DNA of 64,000 bases from an uncultured Planctomycetaceae bacterium (lineage in GTDB: Bacteria; Planctomycetota; Planctomycetia; Pirellulales; UBA7805), in contig CAYLRE010000002.1 of NCBI GenBank assembly GCA_964385715.1, positions 1,427 through 65,426 on the forward strand, given 5' to 3'. The translations under genes were made by a program, and so were the position numbers. Shown here in pieces: positions 28,952-38,596 of this stretch. Numbering within the stretch: position 1 is the stretch's first letter; every line of letters begins with the position of its first letter. The notes under the pieces are model-generated. The model had not been told where the DNA came from. It worked only from the letters and a program-made list of their open reading frames with translations, and made no database searches.

Positions 28952-28974
28952 CACTGGCATAGCCAGTGGCACCC
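28952..28974 (+). repeat. REP-like repeat (CACTGGC-ATA-GCCAGTG-GCACCC)
   Basis: Second copy, in tandem 25 nt after the previous one and 34 nt before ATG 29008. Confidence 0.8.
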
Positions 28975-29007
28975 GACCGTCCTTCCCACCGCACATAGCC
29001 ACACACC

Positions 29008-32000
29008 ATGCTCGCCCGACTGTTTCGCATCGCCGTTAGTTTCACCATCGTCCTGGTGGCCTACTGGTCGTATGCGCTGGCAGTCGTCCCGTTCATCGAA
29101 CCGCCGGCCAAAGAACGCGAGACCATCGTCGTCGATCCGAGTGGTAATCCGGACGACGACACGGAACTCGATCCCCTCTTAGAAATGCTGCGTCCCCACC
29201 TGCCGCCAGGTGGTTGGGAATTCGATCCGCAGACGATGATCGTAGCCAACGACCAGTTCACACTTCTGATTCATGACTACGAAACGGTCGACGACGACAA
29301 AGTGAAGCTACAGCGTTGTTCGCTCGTGTTCTTCCCGGACGGCGAACCGTCCATTGAGAAACCCGACCCGAATGTGCTGGTGATTCGCGCCAGCGACGGC
29401 GCGATCTTGCAATTCGCCGACGGCGTCGATCTCGATCGTTTGAAACTCGGCAAGATGCAAGGTGGGCTGCTGCAGGGCCGTGTCACGATCGAAGGCAATC
29501 TCTCGCGCGATCAGCCGGCTCCGGCAGCCGATGATGGGGCCGATGGGGTCGCACCCGATGCGCCCAAGATGCAACGCATCGAACAGCGATTGATGCTCGC
29601 CACCCGTGACGTCCACATGTCGGAAGATCGCATCTGGACCGACAACGAGGTCCACTTTGCCTTGGGGCAGAATCACGGCAGCGGGCGGAAGCTGAACATC
29701 GAGATGGCCGAGGTCGAAGAGATCCACGGTGCTCGCAGCGAAAAGAAACGCGAAGTCCAATCGATTGAGATCACGGAGGAAGTCAAACTTCAGCTCGCCA
29801 TGGCAGCGGGCGAGAATCCCTTTGACGCCAGTGCCAGCCAAGCCAGTACCGCCGCGACTACCGAGCCGACAGGCGGGGCCAACACCGCGTACGTCGACAT
29901 CACCTCGGTCGGCCCGTTCCGCTTCGACGCCTTGAGACAAATCGCCACGTTTGAAGACAACGTCGACGTCGTTCGTAGCGGTGCGGATGGGCCTGTTGAT
30001 CAACTGTCTTGCGAATTACTTTCGGTCTTCTTCGCGAGCGGTGAACAGAGCGACATGGAACCGACACGGATCGAAGCCGCCGGTCATCCAGTGATCGGCC
30101 GACGAGGCGGAGAAGATGCCGAACTGCGCTGCGAACACCTGGCCTATCACCTCGACTCCGGTGAGATTTCCTTGAAGAGCACCGATCAGGTGCTGCTGCG
30201 ACGCGGAACGGACTTGGTGCGGGCGGCCAGTGTCCGCTATCAACCGGGACCAAACGGTTCGATCGGTGAGATGCTCGCATCGGGAAGAGGAGAGCTAAAG
30301 GCCAATCTGCCGGGCCAGGAATCGAAGAACTCCGCCGCCCCCAACACCGCCGCTTCTACGACACCGCTCACCGCCACGGCCAACAGCCCGAACGCAGCCA
30401 ATAAAACGAGCCGCGTGCATGCCCGTTGGACCAAGGAGCTGCGTCTCCGCCCCCACGAGGGTAAGACGCTTCTATCAGTGCTTGGCGACGCGTCGGTTCG
30501 CTTTGCCGAGATGGGCACGCTTTCGAGCAACGAGATCTGGATGTGGCTGATCGAACAACCGAGCGATGCGGTGACGCAGGACGAAAACGCTCCCCGCTAC
30601 ACTCCGCACAGCATGCTGGCCAACGGGCGGGTCACCATCGATAGCGAACAGCTGATCGGCATCACCGAGCGGCTCGAAATGTGGTTCTCGCCAACTAAGA
30701 ATCTAGCGATCAAGAACAACTCGAACAGCAGTCAGGCGAACAATCGCTCATCCGCCGCTGGACCCGGCGCCCCTTCCAGCTCGCTCGCCGCGAACGGACC
30801 CGACAAGAAGCCGACTCGCTATCAGGTGCGTGGCGATCTGATTCGCGTGCAAGTTGCCAGCGACGGTCGCCGCACGGCCCTACGAGATGTGACGATCAAG
30901 GGCGACGTCGAGATGCGACAACAGCTACTCGCCGGACCGGCGCCGCAACAGCCGCCGCTGTTGGTCCGCGGTGACTCGCTTCAACTGCTGGGAGCCGACG
31001 TCGAGAATACCAAGCTGTTCGTCACTGGTAGTGACACCAAGCAGGCACTGGTCGAAGCCCGTGGGCTCGTTCTGTCTGGTGCCAAGATCGAAGGCAATCG
31101 AGCCGCTAACTCGCTGGAAGTCAACGGCCCGGGCTGGATGACGCTGCCAATGAATCGCGATCTGGCCGGACATGGAGGGGCCGGACTAGGAGGAGCGGGA
31201 CAACCAGCAGTCACAGATGATGCTCCGCTCAAGATCAACTGGCGTGGCGGCATGCGTTTCGACGGTCAAAGAGTTACCTTCCGCGAGCATGTGTTGGCGA
31301 CGACCGCCGCACAAACGGTTCGCACATCGAAGCTCATCGCTACGCTCACCCGTGACATCGACTTCACCAATCCTGGCAAGGTCGACGACATCGGGCTTTC
31401 ACACATTCAGTGTCCCAGCTTGGTGTCGCTGGAGAGTCGCACCATCGAAGAAGGTCAGGTCCAATCGATCGATCGACTGGAGATGCACAATCTTCGCATC
31501 GATCAGGCGACCGGCGATTTGCAGGCATCGGGGCCTGGCTGGGTAAAGACGCACCGCTTCGGTAGCCAGATGACGCTTGAGCCTGGTGCTCCGGGGCCAG
31601 CTCCGCCGGCGGCACAACCGAACGCGTCTGAGTTGATCTTCTTGCGTGTCGATTTCCAGCAGAGCCTGACCGGCAACCTCCGGCAGAAGCGGCTTAGCTT
31701 TCTGAATCAGGTGAAGTGCGTTTACGGTCCCGTTCGCGACTGGCAACAGGAACTGGCAACCAACGGATTCAACAAGCCGGGTCCCCGCGAGGTATTGCTC
31801 TCTTGCGACCGGCTGATGGTGCAAGAGATGCCAGGTGTTCGCCGCGGCGAGCGCACGGTCGACCTCGACGCGATCGGCAACATGCGGGTCGACGGCGAGC
31901 AGTTCACCGCCACCGGCAACCGGCTCAGCTACAACACCGGCAAAGAAATGCTGACGCTGGAAGGAACCCCGCAGCGAGACGCCAAGCTGGCGCAGACCAA

Positions 32001-32103
32001 ACCAGGCGGCAAACGGGCGAACTTTGCCGCCCAGAAAATCTGGTACTGGCGAAATCGCAACCACGTAAAAGTGGATGGGGTGCGATTCTTGGATGTGCAG
32101 TAA
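29008..32103 (+). CDS. Membrane-anchored 1031-aa protein, candidate giant LptC/LptA (OstA-like) repeat protein
   Basis: N-terminal TM anchor (IAVSFTIVLVAYWSYALAVVPFI). Repeated beta-rich segments follow the pattern a-GxV-x-(V/I)...L-x-(A/C)-D/E-x-L-x-(Y/F), for example AIGNMRVDGEQFTATGNRLSYNTGKEMLTLEG. It sits immediately after kdsD-kdsC, where lptC lies in E. coli. Confidence 0.5.
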   Translation: MLARLFRIAVSFTIVLVAYWSYALAVVPFIEPPAKERETIVVDPSGNPDDDTELDPLLEMLRPHLPPGGWEFDPQTMIVANDQFTLLIHDYETVDDDKVKLQRCSLVFFPDGEPSIEKPDPNVLVIRASDGAILQFADGVDLDRLKLGKMQGGLLQGRVTIEGNLSRDQPAPAADDGADGVAPDAPKMQRIEQRLMLATRDVHMSEDRIWTDNEVHFALGQNHGSGRKLNIEMAEVEEIHGARSEKKREVQSIEITEEVKLQLAMAAGENPFDASASQASTAATTEPTGGANTAYVDITSVGPFRFDALRQIATFEDNVDVVRSGADGPVDQLSCELLSVFFASGEQSDMEPTRIEAAGHPVIGRRGGEDAELRCEHLAYHLDSGEISLKSTDQVLLRRGTDLVRAASVRYQPGPNGSIGEMLASGRGELKANLPGQESKNSAAPNTAASTTPLTATANSPNAANKTSRVHARWTKELRLRPHEGKTLLSVLGDASVRFAEMGTLSSNEIWMWLIEQPSDAVTQDENAPRYTPHSMLANGRVTIDSEQLIGITERLEMWFSPTKNLAIKNNSNSSQANNRSSAAGPGAPSSSLAANGPDKKPTRYQVRGDLIRVQVASDGRRTALRDVTIKGDVEMRQQLLAGPAPQQPPLLVRGDSLQLLGADVENTKLFVTGSDTKQALVEARGLVLSGAKIEGNRAANSLEVNGPGWMTLPMNRDLAGHGGAGLGGAGQPAVTDDAPLKINWRGGMRFDGQRVTFREHVLATTAAQTVRTSKLIATLTRDIDFTNPGKVDDIGLSHIQCPSLVSLESRTIEEGQVQSIDRLEMHNLRIDQATGDLQASGPGWVKTHRFGSQMTLEPGAPGPAPPAAQPNASELIFLRVDFQQSLTGNLRQKRLSFLNQVKCVYGPVRDWQQELATNGFNKPGPREVLLSCDRLMVQEMPGVRRGERTVDLDAIGNMRVDGEQFTATGNRLSYNTGKEMLTLEGTPQRDAKLAQTKPGGKRANFAAQKIWYWRNRNHVKVDGVRFLDVQ

Positions 32104-32435
32104 GCGGAAGAGTGGCGGCAACCGTCGTTCGCTAATGACTCGGGGCGATTTGGCACGAGACCAAGACCACGCACATCGGCCCACTTCCTTTTGCCACCGC
32201 CTGTCATCGGTCCACTTCCCTGGACACCACGGCTGTCATCGCTCCAAACTTCTTGACACCCCTAAATCAAAATCACTATCGTTTTCGTGTGGCTTCATTT
32301 CAGCCAGCGCGACGCGGGCAGTTATCCTGGGCCGTCTCTTCGACTTCCGGCAGAAGGCTCGCGGCCCAGACCCCGACGAATGAAGCGGCTACCCGTATTC
32401 ACGCTCTACACCAAGGACTTCTGAGGGAACCAAAC

Positions 32436-35400
32436 ATGGGACGACCAGTTCGCCACCGACGCAAGAACTTAACCGCCTCGACATCGCGCCGAAAGGGGCA
32501 GACTGATTCCATGCGGAACTCCAAAATGCACCTCGCGATCGAAGAGCTTGAGTCGCGACAAATGCTAACGGCCGTCGCCCCTGGCCAGGCTCCCTTTGGC
32601 GCACATACAGGACCTGACACATCCGGCGATTACCTGGTGGGGAACATACACGCGACCTTAGTGTTCCTTGAATCGGAAAGCGGCCACGCCGAAGATCATC
32701 TCGATTGGAATGAGAAGTGGGATACAGGTCTTCAACAATGGGTCGCGTTTCCTGAGATGACGACGGATATCACGGGAACCGGTGGGACGACGGGATCGTT
32801 AGAAATCGCGGGAACCTGGTGGGAAGACGTGTTCGATTCCTACTTCCCCAACAGCCCTCACGATGTTGAGTTCACGTACGACTATACATATGCCAACAAT
32901 CCTGTCGATGTGCCTTTTGAAGGCATCACCATGAATTTCGGTGAACATGTAATTCCGGCGACGACTCACCTATTGGATCGCGTTGAGGCGGACACCGGAC
33001 TCGTGTTTGGTACTCTTCAGGAATGGAATGACTACCAGCGAGAGCAAAGCGGCGCAGATTGGTCCTTCACGATGTTTGTTGTCGCGTCTGCCGACAATTA
33101 CACGATTCCTGCCGATGGAGAACATCCGGCCAAGTCGGGACATAACTTTGGAACGAGTTTTCCAAGCGCCTATGCCAGCTCGAGTGGATACATCGTATCC
33201 AGTTGGAAAGCAGCCAAAAGCGCCCTAACCACCGCACATGAAATCGGGCACGTCTTTCGCGGGGTCGACGAATACGAAACGACTGGCTTTGGGGCTTCCT
33301 ACTTTAGCACGTCCGGATACTACGACACTCAAGCAACGAACGCCCTTCGAGATCGACCAGCGTCGGCTGGCGCACAAGAAGATTCGCTTATGGCAGGTGG
33401 CAACAAGGCGTCGAACGCGTGGGTTAACGGAACGCTGCCGATCTCGACACAAGCGCATCTTGGCTGGCAAGATGGCAATGGTAACAACATCATCGATATC
33501 TTCGATGTTCCACTGGAGCTCAATGGTTCCGTCGGCAAGCATGTCACGTCGGGCGGCCTGCCGACAAATATGGCCTACCGCTTTGAAGCCCACACGCAGC
33601 CTGGCCTATTGGCTTCGTCCAATTACGACGTTCCGTCCAGCTCGTTGAATTTCGTCGATGCGATACAAGTTCAGGTAGAGATTAACGGTAGCACGCATAC
33701 CGGCAATCTAAATCTGGCGGGCAAAGCGACGCTCTTGCCAAAGTCGGCGGATCACTGGTTCACCGCAGAAACCCGTGTCCGTGACTACGAATGGGATGCC
33801 TCATTCGACCTCGATCTGGATGCCTTGGGCGTTTCTGCCTCAGACGAAGTGCTGCTTAAATTTCGCTCCGCCAGCTGGGCCGAGTATCGCGACGGCGACA
33901 TGACTTTTGACTACACGACCGATCCAACCGTCACGTCTAACGTAGAAACGCAGCGGGCTTTTGGCGATGTCAATATCGTCCACAGTGGCACGCAGACCAC
34001 GGAAGAGGGTGGCAGTGTCACCCTCGATTTGGTGCTCAACTATCCGACCACAGCCCCTGTCACGGTCTACTTCAATTCGAACACGATCACGGAAGGAACC
34101 CCTAGCCAGTCCAGCATCGTTTTTCAATCTACGGGCTGGGATATCCCTAAACAGATCACGATCGATGGCGTCGAAGATTACGTGCAGGACGGCGACATCA
34201 GCTACGACATCAACTTCACCGTCAGTTCGCCCGACATGAATTACAGCGGCATCACCTTGCCGTCGCTAACGCTCACCAATCGCGACAACGACTTGTCAGA
34301 GTTCACTACCATTCCGTACTTCATTCCAGTTGACGGCTCTGCTACCGACTGGGAGAACCCGATCATCCTCTCCGAAGATGGTGGATCAGCCACGGTCGAC
34401 GTCGTCATGACCGCCGACCCTAACGTCACATCCTCCAATCCTGTGACGATGACGTTCTACACGACCGGATGGGCATCTTTTCCGCCTGATAATTCCGAAG
34501 TGACGATCGACGTCGGGACGCTAAGCTTCGATTCGAGCAACTGGAATATACCGCAGACGATTACCATCACGCCTATCGATGACTCTGACTACGATGGCGA
34601 GCAGAAGGTGAAGGTCTGGGGCGTTGGCAACCAAAGTCCCTATCCCAAAGTCGACATTCCACTCATCGTTCGTGACAACGAGTACGCGCGCGTCACCGAT
34701 GTCGAAGTCAATAACCAGGCCGGCAACGGTCTCAGCTGGATCGATGCGTCGACCGGAGGAGTCCGTTTTATCGATGTTACGTTTGACGAAGCGGTCACCT
34801 TCACCAGCAACGATGTAACGATCGAGAAGTACGCCGAAGGCGATCTCACCAGCACGCCAACCATCATCTCGCCAATCAGCGTGACCGGTACCGGAACGAC
34901 CGAGATGAGAATTGCCCTGACCGGTTCACAAACTACCAACAGCTGGCTCAAGGTGACTCTCGACGGAACCGCCATCAAGGACGTTAGCAATTACTCACTC
35001 GACGGGGACGCCCCGGGTGCCCTCATCGGCAGCGGACGAGACTACCTTTACAACGGCGACGACCTGGTCAGCGGTGACGGCATTGCCGGCGGTGACGCGA
35101 TCTTCTTCGTCGGCAATAAGATCGGCGATCTCGACGGCGACGGAGATGTTGATACTAGCGACGTCACGACGGCCTTCAGTAACTTCACCGGCCCTCATCC
35201 TGACCCCCCCGCCGCTCCTTTCACCAAGACGCTTGCCGAGGGTGATCTCGACGAAAATGGCGCCATCACGATCGGCGAGATCCTCACGATGTACGCTGAA
35301 TTCACAGAAGATGCCACCAGCACGGCACGTGCACTCGACACCCTGCCCATAAACCACGGTAGCCCGCTCTTGGCAGAAACTGGTCCGACCGGTGCCGCGG

Positions 35401-36212
35401 CTCTCGGCTCCGCGCTTGGCGACGTTGTCCCGCAGCAGGTTGTCGATTCGGCGATCGGCTACTGGGACAATCAAGGCATCACGCAGGCCCAAAGGGATCA
35501 CCTGCGTAACGTGCGGGTGAAAGTGGCCGACTTCAAGGACAGCAAGCTAGGGTACGCCACCCACCACTTCGTCTACATCGATCGTGACGCGGCCGGCCAA
35601 GGTTGGTCGGCCGGGGACGGTGGTTACGATTTGCTGTCCACCGTGACGCACGAGTTTGGCCACACGCTCGGTTATGCCGACATCTACAGCGGAAACACCG
35701 ACAACGTGATGTACGGATACTTGGGCACCGGTATGCAGCGAGTCGCGTCGACGGCAACTTCGGCTGCGGCATCGGAGTCGCTGACTCCAACAACGTCGGT
35801 CGGTAGCTCGGTTTCCTACTACGCGGATCCGTCGCTGCCGCAATCGACCACGTCACAGTCGCTTCCGATTCAGCGCTTTTCGTACAGCGAGGCGAGCCGT
35901 TACGATTCGTTCGCCACTCGCTCGATTCATCGCTGGAACGAGCCGGCATTACTCAACGATCGTGACGAAGAGTGGACAGAATTGGCTGACGGCTTCCTGA
36001 CCGATCTAGAACTGCTGGATCGCGACGGCGATTTGCTGCTCGAGGAGACCGATCTGGAAGAAGTCGCGGCCGAGCGCGATGATTACGCCTCGGATGAAGA
36101 ATCGTCCGACGCCGACTTCGCTACCTGGACGGGCGATAACGAGGCGAGCGAAGCAGTAGAAGCGGTGGCGGAAGCTGCTGCCGATCAAGCTCAGACCGAC
36201 GCCGACGCGTAA
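32436..36212 (+). CDS. Giant secreted multidomain protein with two zincin motifs, Calx-beta-like and dockerin-like repeats
   Basis: Start is taken at ATG 32436 (MGRPVRHRRK...MHLAIEELESRQMLTA). HEIGH is at 33237-33251. HEFGHTLGYAD at 35649-35681 has the HExxHxxGxxD pattern and is followed by NVMY (Met-turn-like). DLDGDGDVDTSD and GDLDENGAITIGE resemble dockerin/EF-hand repeats. The C-terminal tail is acidic. Confidence 0.8.
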   Translation: MGRPVRHRRKNLTASTSRRKGQTDSMRNSKMHLAIEELESRQMLTAVAPGQAPFGAHTGPDTSGDYLVGNIHATLVFLESESGHAEDHLDWNEKWDTGLQQWVAFPEMTTDITGTGGTTGSLEIAGTWWEDVFDSYFPNSPHDVEFTYDYTYANNPVDVPFEGITMNFGEHVIPATTHLLDRVEADTGLVFGTLQEWNDYQREQSGADWSFTMFVVASADNYTIPADGEHPAKSGHNFGTSFPSAYASSSGYIVSSWKAAKSALTTAHEIGHVFRGVDEYETTGFGASYFSTSGYYDTQATNALRDRPASAGAQEDSLMAGGNKASNAWVNGTLPISTQAHLGWQDGNGNNIIDIFDVPLELNGSVGKHVTSGGLPTNMAYRFEAHTQPGLLASSNYDVPSSSLNFVDAIQVQVEINGSTHTGNLNLAGKATLLPKSADHWFTAETRVRDYEWDASFDLDLDALGVSASDEVLLKFRSASWAEYRDGDMTFDYTTDPTVTSNVETQRAFGDVNIVHSGTQTTEEGGSVTLDLVLNYPTTAPVTVYFNSNTITEGTPSQSSIVFQSTGWDIPKQITIDGVEDYVQDGDISYDINFTVSSPDMNYSGITLPSLTLTNRDNDLSEFTTIPYFIPVDGSATDWENPIILSEDGGSATVDVVMTADPNVTSSNPVTMTFYTTGWASFPPDNSEVTIDVGTLSFDSSNWNIPQTITITPIDDSDYDGEQKVKVWGVGNQSPYPKVDIPLIVRDNEYARVTDVEVNNQAGNGLSWIDASTGGVRFIDVTFDEAVTFTSNDVTIEKYAEGDLTSTPTIISPISVTGTGTTEMRIALTGSQTTNSWLKVTLDGTAIKDVSNYSLDGDAPGALIGSGRDYLYNGDDLVSGDGIAGGDAIFFVGNKIGDLDGDGDVDTSDVTTAFSNFTGPHPDPPAAPFTKTLAEGDLDENGAITIGEILTMYAEFTEDATSTARALDTLPINHGSPLLAETGPTGAAALGSALGDVVPQQVVDSAIGYWDNQGITQAQRDHLRNVRVKVADFKDSKLGYATHHFVYIDRDAAGQGWSAGDGGYDLLSTVTHEFGHTLGYADIYSGNTDNVMYGYLGTGMQRVASTATSAAASESLTPTTSVGSSVSYYADPSLPQSTTSQSLPIQRFSYSEASRYDSFATRSIHRWNEPALLNDRDEEWTELADGFLTDLELLDRDGDLLLEETDLEEVAAERDDYASDEESSDADFATWTGDNEASEAVEAVAEAAADQAQTDADA

Positions 36213-36250
36213 GGCAGCACGCCCATACAGTCGTTATAGCAATACCCCAC

Positions 36251-36294
36251 GACCCACTCAGGCTTCGTCCGATCGCCTGCAGTGGGTCTTTTTG
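36251..36294 (+). terminator. Rho-independent terminator after the giant exoprotein gene
   Basis: GACCCACT-CAGG (36251-36262) pairs with CCTG-c-AGTGGGTC (36276-36288), followed by TTTTT (36289-36293). Confidence 0.7.
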
Positions 36295-36311
36295 CGTGTC
36301 TCCTCGATCGA

Positions 36312-37283
36312 CTACGCCCCCTGCCCTAGCAGCTCCAACACCCGGCTGGTGTAGCTCTCTCCGAAGTTGAACGACGCCTTGATCCTTAGGTCCATGTCGA
36401 GGCCGCTGCGGCGTTCCTTGGGAAACAGCCCGGTGCGAAACAGATACGGCAATCGCGACGGCGGAAACGGATAGTCGCTGCCGTGCAAAATCCGCGAGCG
36501 AATCGCCTCGTCTTCTCGGCTGAGCCGCGCCAGCGATCGCCAGCGAATCAGGCTGGCCATGATCGCGGTATCACCGAACAAATTGTCGTGCCGCCGCATC
36601 ATCTCCACGAAGTTCGGGTAGTAACTCTCCGGATCGAAGAAAGCACAGGTCCCACAGTGAGCGGCGATCACCACACCGCCATGATCGAGCGGACGGGCCA
36701 ATCGCGCGGGGTCGGTGAACTTCTGCGATCGGACCGTGCAGGAATGTTCGTACCCGGTGTGGAACATCAACACCACGCCTAGTTCCGCCGCGTGGGCGTA
36801 TAACTCGTCGAAGCGTGCGAGCGACGGATCGACGCCCTGAATGGCGGTGTGGATCTTAATCAGCCGGCAACCGGATTCGAACACGCGATCCACTTCCGCG
36901 AGCGCATCGCGGCGAAACGGATTGATCGAACAGCCCGGCAGAACCTTTTCGCACTCGCGAGCCAAGTCAAGCACGTAATCGTTGGAGACATAGAAATGGG
37001 TTGCGGAGTCGTCGCGGGAACCGTCTTCACGGTAGACAGCATCTTGGGCCAGCACCACGGCGTAGTCGAGCACCGACTCGCGCAACTGCCGCAACAGCCG
37101 GCTCCGCATTTTCTGGCTGAGATTGTCCCCCTGCTCTTTTTGAATGCCGATCATCCGCAGCAGCACCCGGGTTAGCCACGACTTGCGAGTCTTCTCAGAG
37201 AGAAACCCATCGGCCGGATTGTCTCCCCAGCAAAAGACATGCGTGTGGGTGTCGACAATCGGTGTTTGGGTGTTCGAGGTCAT
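36312..37283 (-). CDS. Amidohydrolase-family metal-dependent hydrolase (TIM barrel)
   Basis: IVDTHTHVF (HxH metal motif) near the N-terminus, later KIHTAIQG, HTGYEH, AHCG and GSDYPFP. 323 aa. Confidence 0.75.
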   Translation of the reverse strand: MTSNTQTPIVDTHTHVFCWGDNPADGFLSEKTRKSWLTRVLLRMIGIQKEQGDNLSQKMRSRLLRQLRESVLDYAVVLAQDAVYREDGSRDDSATHFYVSNDYVLDLARECEKVLPGCSINPFRRDALAEVDRVFESGCRLIKIHTAIQGVDPSLARFDELYAHAAELGVVLMFHTGYEHSCTVRSQKFTDPARLARPLDHGGVVIAAHCGTCAFFDPESYYPNFVEMMRRHDNLFGDTAIMASLIRWRSLARLSREDEAIRSRILHGSDYPFPPSRLPYLFRTGLFPKERRSGLDMDLRIKASFNFGESYTSRVLELLGQGA

Positions 37284-37360
37284 GGATCGTGCACTTCGGA
37301 AATGGATGGCCGTTCGCTATTCATTTTTCTGACGGCATGAACAGAGCGGCTGCTCATTCT

Positions 37361-38218
37361 CTATTCCTTTGCCACGTTCGCCTTGGCCTGACCAACGGTG
37401 ATAGCCGGAGATCGCCAGGCCGATTCGAGTAGCCGGTCGTATTGCCAGCGATCGCTACCGGTTTCATGACGATAGTCGAGCAGCTTACCGCGGCCATCGA
37501 AAACGGCCACTGGTGATCCGCGGAGCGACGCGATGGTATCGGGCCGCTCGTTGACCCACACAATGAAGGTCTTGTCACCGTTCACAACCATCGCCAGGTG
37601 TACCGGCGGTGGCATTTCGTCTGCGAACTGGGAAAGCGTCTCTGTCTCAGCCGCAGGACTGATCGCAGAGATCACGACCAGATCATGGATTAATGCCACC
37701 ACGATCGCCGCGATCAGCAGCAAAGGTATCGAAAGCGCTATCCAGCATAGGCGTCGAATGAACTTGAGCAGCACCGCCTTTCGCTGACCTTGCGCAGGCC
37801 ACTTCTGCCAGTAGATCCAATCCCGTTTGAGTCCCACCAGCGATGCAACCACGAAACCCGCACCGATGAGCGTCAGCAGACCACAGCCGACATGGAAGAC
37901 GACACGATCAACGCCGGTAATGCCACCTCCCAACGACATGACAATATTGAAGGAGAACGAGAGCGCGGAGATACCAGCGGCAGCCGCAACCATCGAACCG
38001 ACGTGCATCGGTGAAAGCTTCCTGATGAGAGCGATGCCGAATGCCGTGTAGAGCGCGGCTCCGATCAGCCACACAAACAACCATATATTGAAAGCCGCCA
38101 GACCGAACAAGGCACTCAGCGCCGTGACCAACAACAACAGCGATCGCAGGCTGAACTGCCAAGGTTGTTTCGCGTTGTCAGCGACTGGTGCATTCATGTC
38201 TACACGTGTTTCGTCCAC
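37361..38218 (-). CDS. Hypothetical polytopic membrane protein with a C-terminal soluble domain
   Basis: N-terminal PWQFSLRSLLLLVTALSALFGL motif and about 6 TM segments. The GTG start at 38218 directly abuts the upstream TGA (38219-38221); ATG 38197 is an alternative start. Confidence 0.6.
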   Translation of the reverse strand: MDETRVDMNAPVADNAKQPWQFSLRSLLLLVTALSALFGLAAFNIWLFVWLIGAALYTAFGIALIRKLSPMHVGSMVAAAAGISALSFSFNIVMSLGGGITGVDRVVFHVGCGLLTLIGAGFVVASLVGLKRDWIYWQKWPAQGQRKAVLLKFIRRLCWIALSIPLLLIAAIVVALIHDLVVISAISPAAETETLSQFADEMPPPVHLAMVVNGDKTFIVWVNERPDTIASLRGSPVAVFDGRGKLLDYRHETGSDRWQYDRLLESAWRSPAITVGQAKANVAKE

Positions 38219-38596
38219 TCATTCCCAGTTTTTGTCGTAATGATGTGCGGCAAACCAGGTAACGGCGCAGCAAGCGATCGAACCGAGGACAAACGGCGCC
38301 AATTCTGGCGTCGGTTCAATCATCCATGTCCCTGCGAAGACGAACGCTAACGCGACGGCGACCAAGGTCATCACGAACGTTACCGCCCAAACCGGAAACC
38401 AATGGTCGAAGCAGAGCAACAGCCCCAAGCCTATCGCCCCGGCGGCTACACCCCACACTTCCACCGACACGTCGGCTCGCGGACCGTCAAACACTGCGAA
38501 CAGCAGATACAACGTCACGGGCAGCGAATAAACGGCCGCCATCAACAGCCGCATTTGCCGGCGTCGGCGTTTCATGTTGTTATTTGAGGTATCCAT
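38219..38596 (-). CDS. Hypothetical small membrane protein (about 4 TM)
   Basis: 125 aa with a basic N-terminus (KRRRRQMR) followed by hydrophobic helices. Its stop abuts the next gene's start. Confidence 0.55.
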   Translation of the reverse strand: MDTSNNNMKRRRRQMRLLMAAVYSLPVTLYLLFAVFDGPRADVSVEVWGVAAGAIGLGLLLCFDHWFPVWAVTFVMTLVAVALAFVFAGTWMIEPTPELAPFVLGSIACCAVTWFAAHHYDKNWE

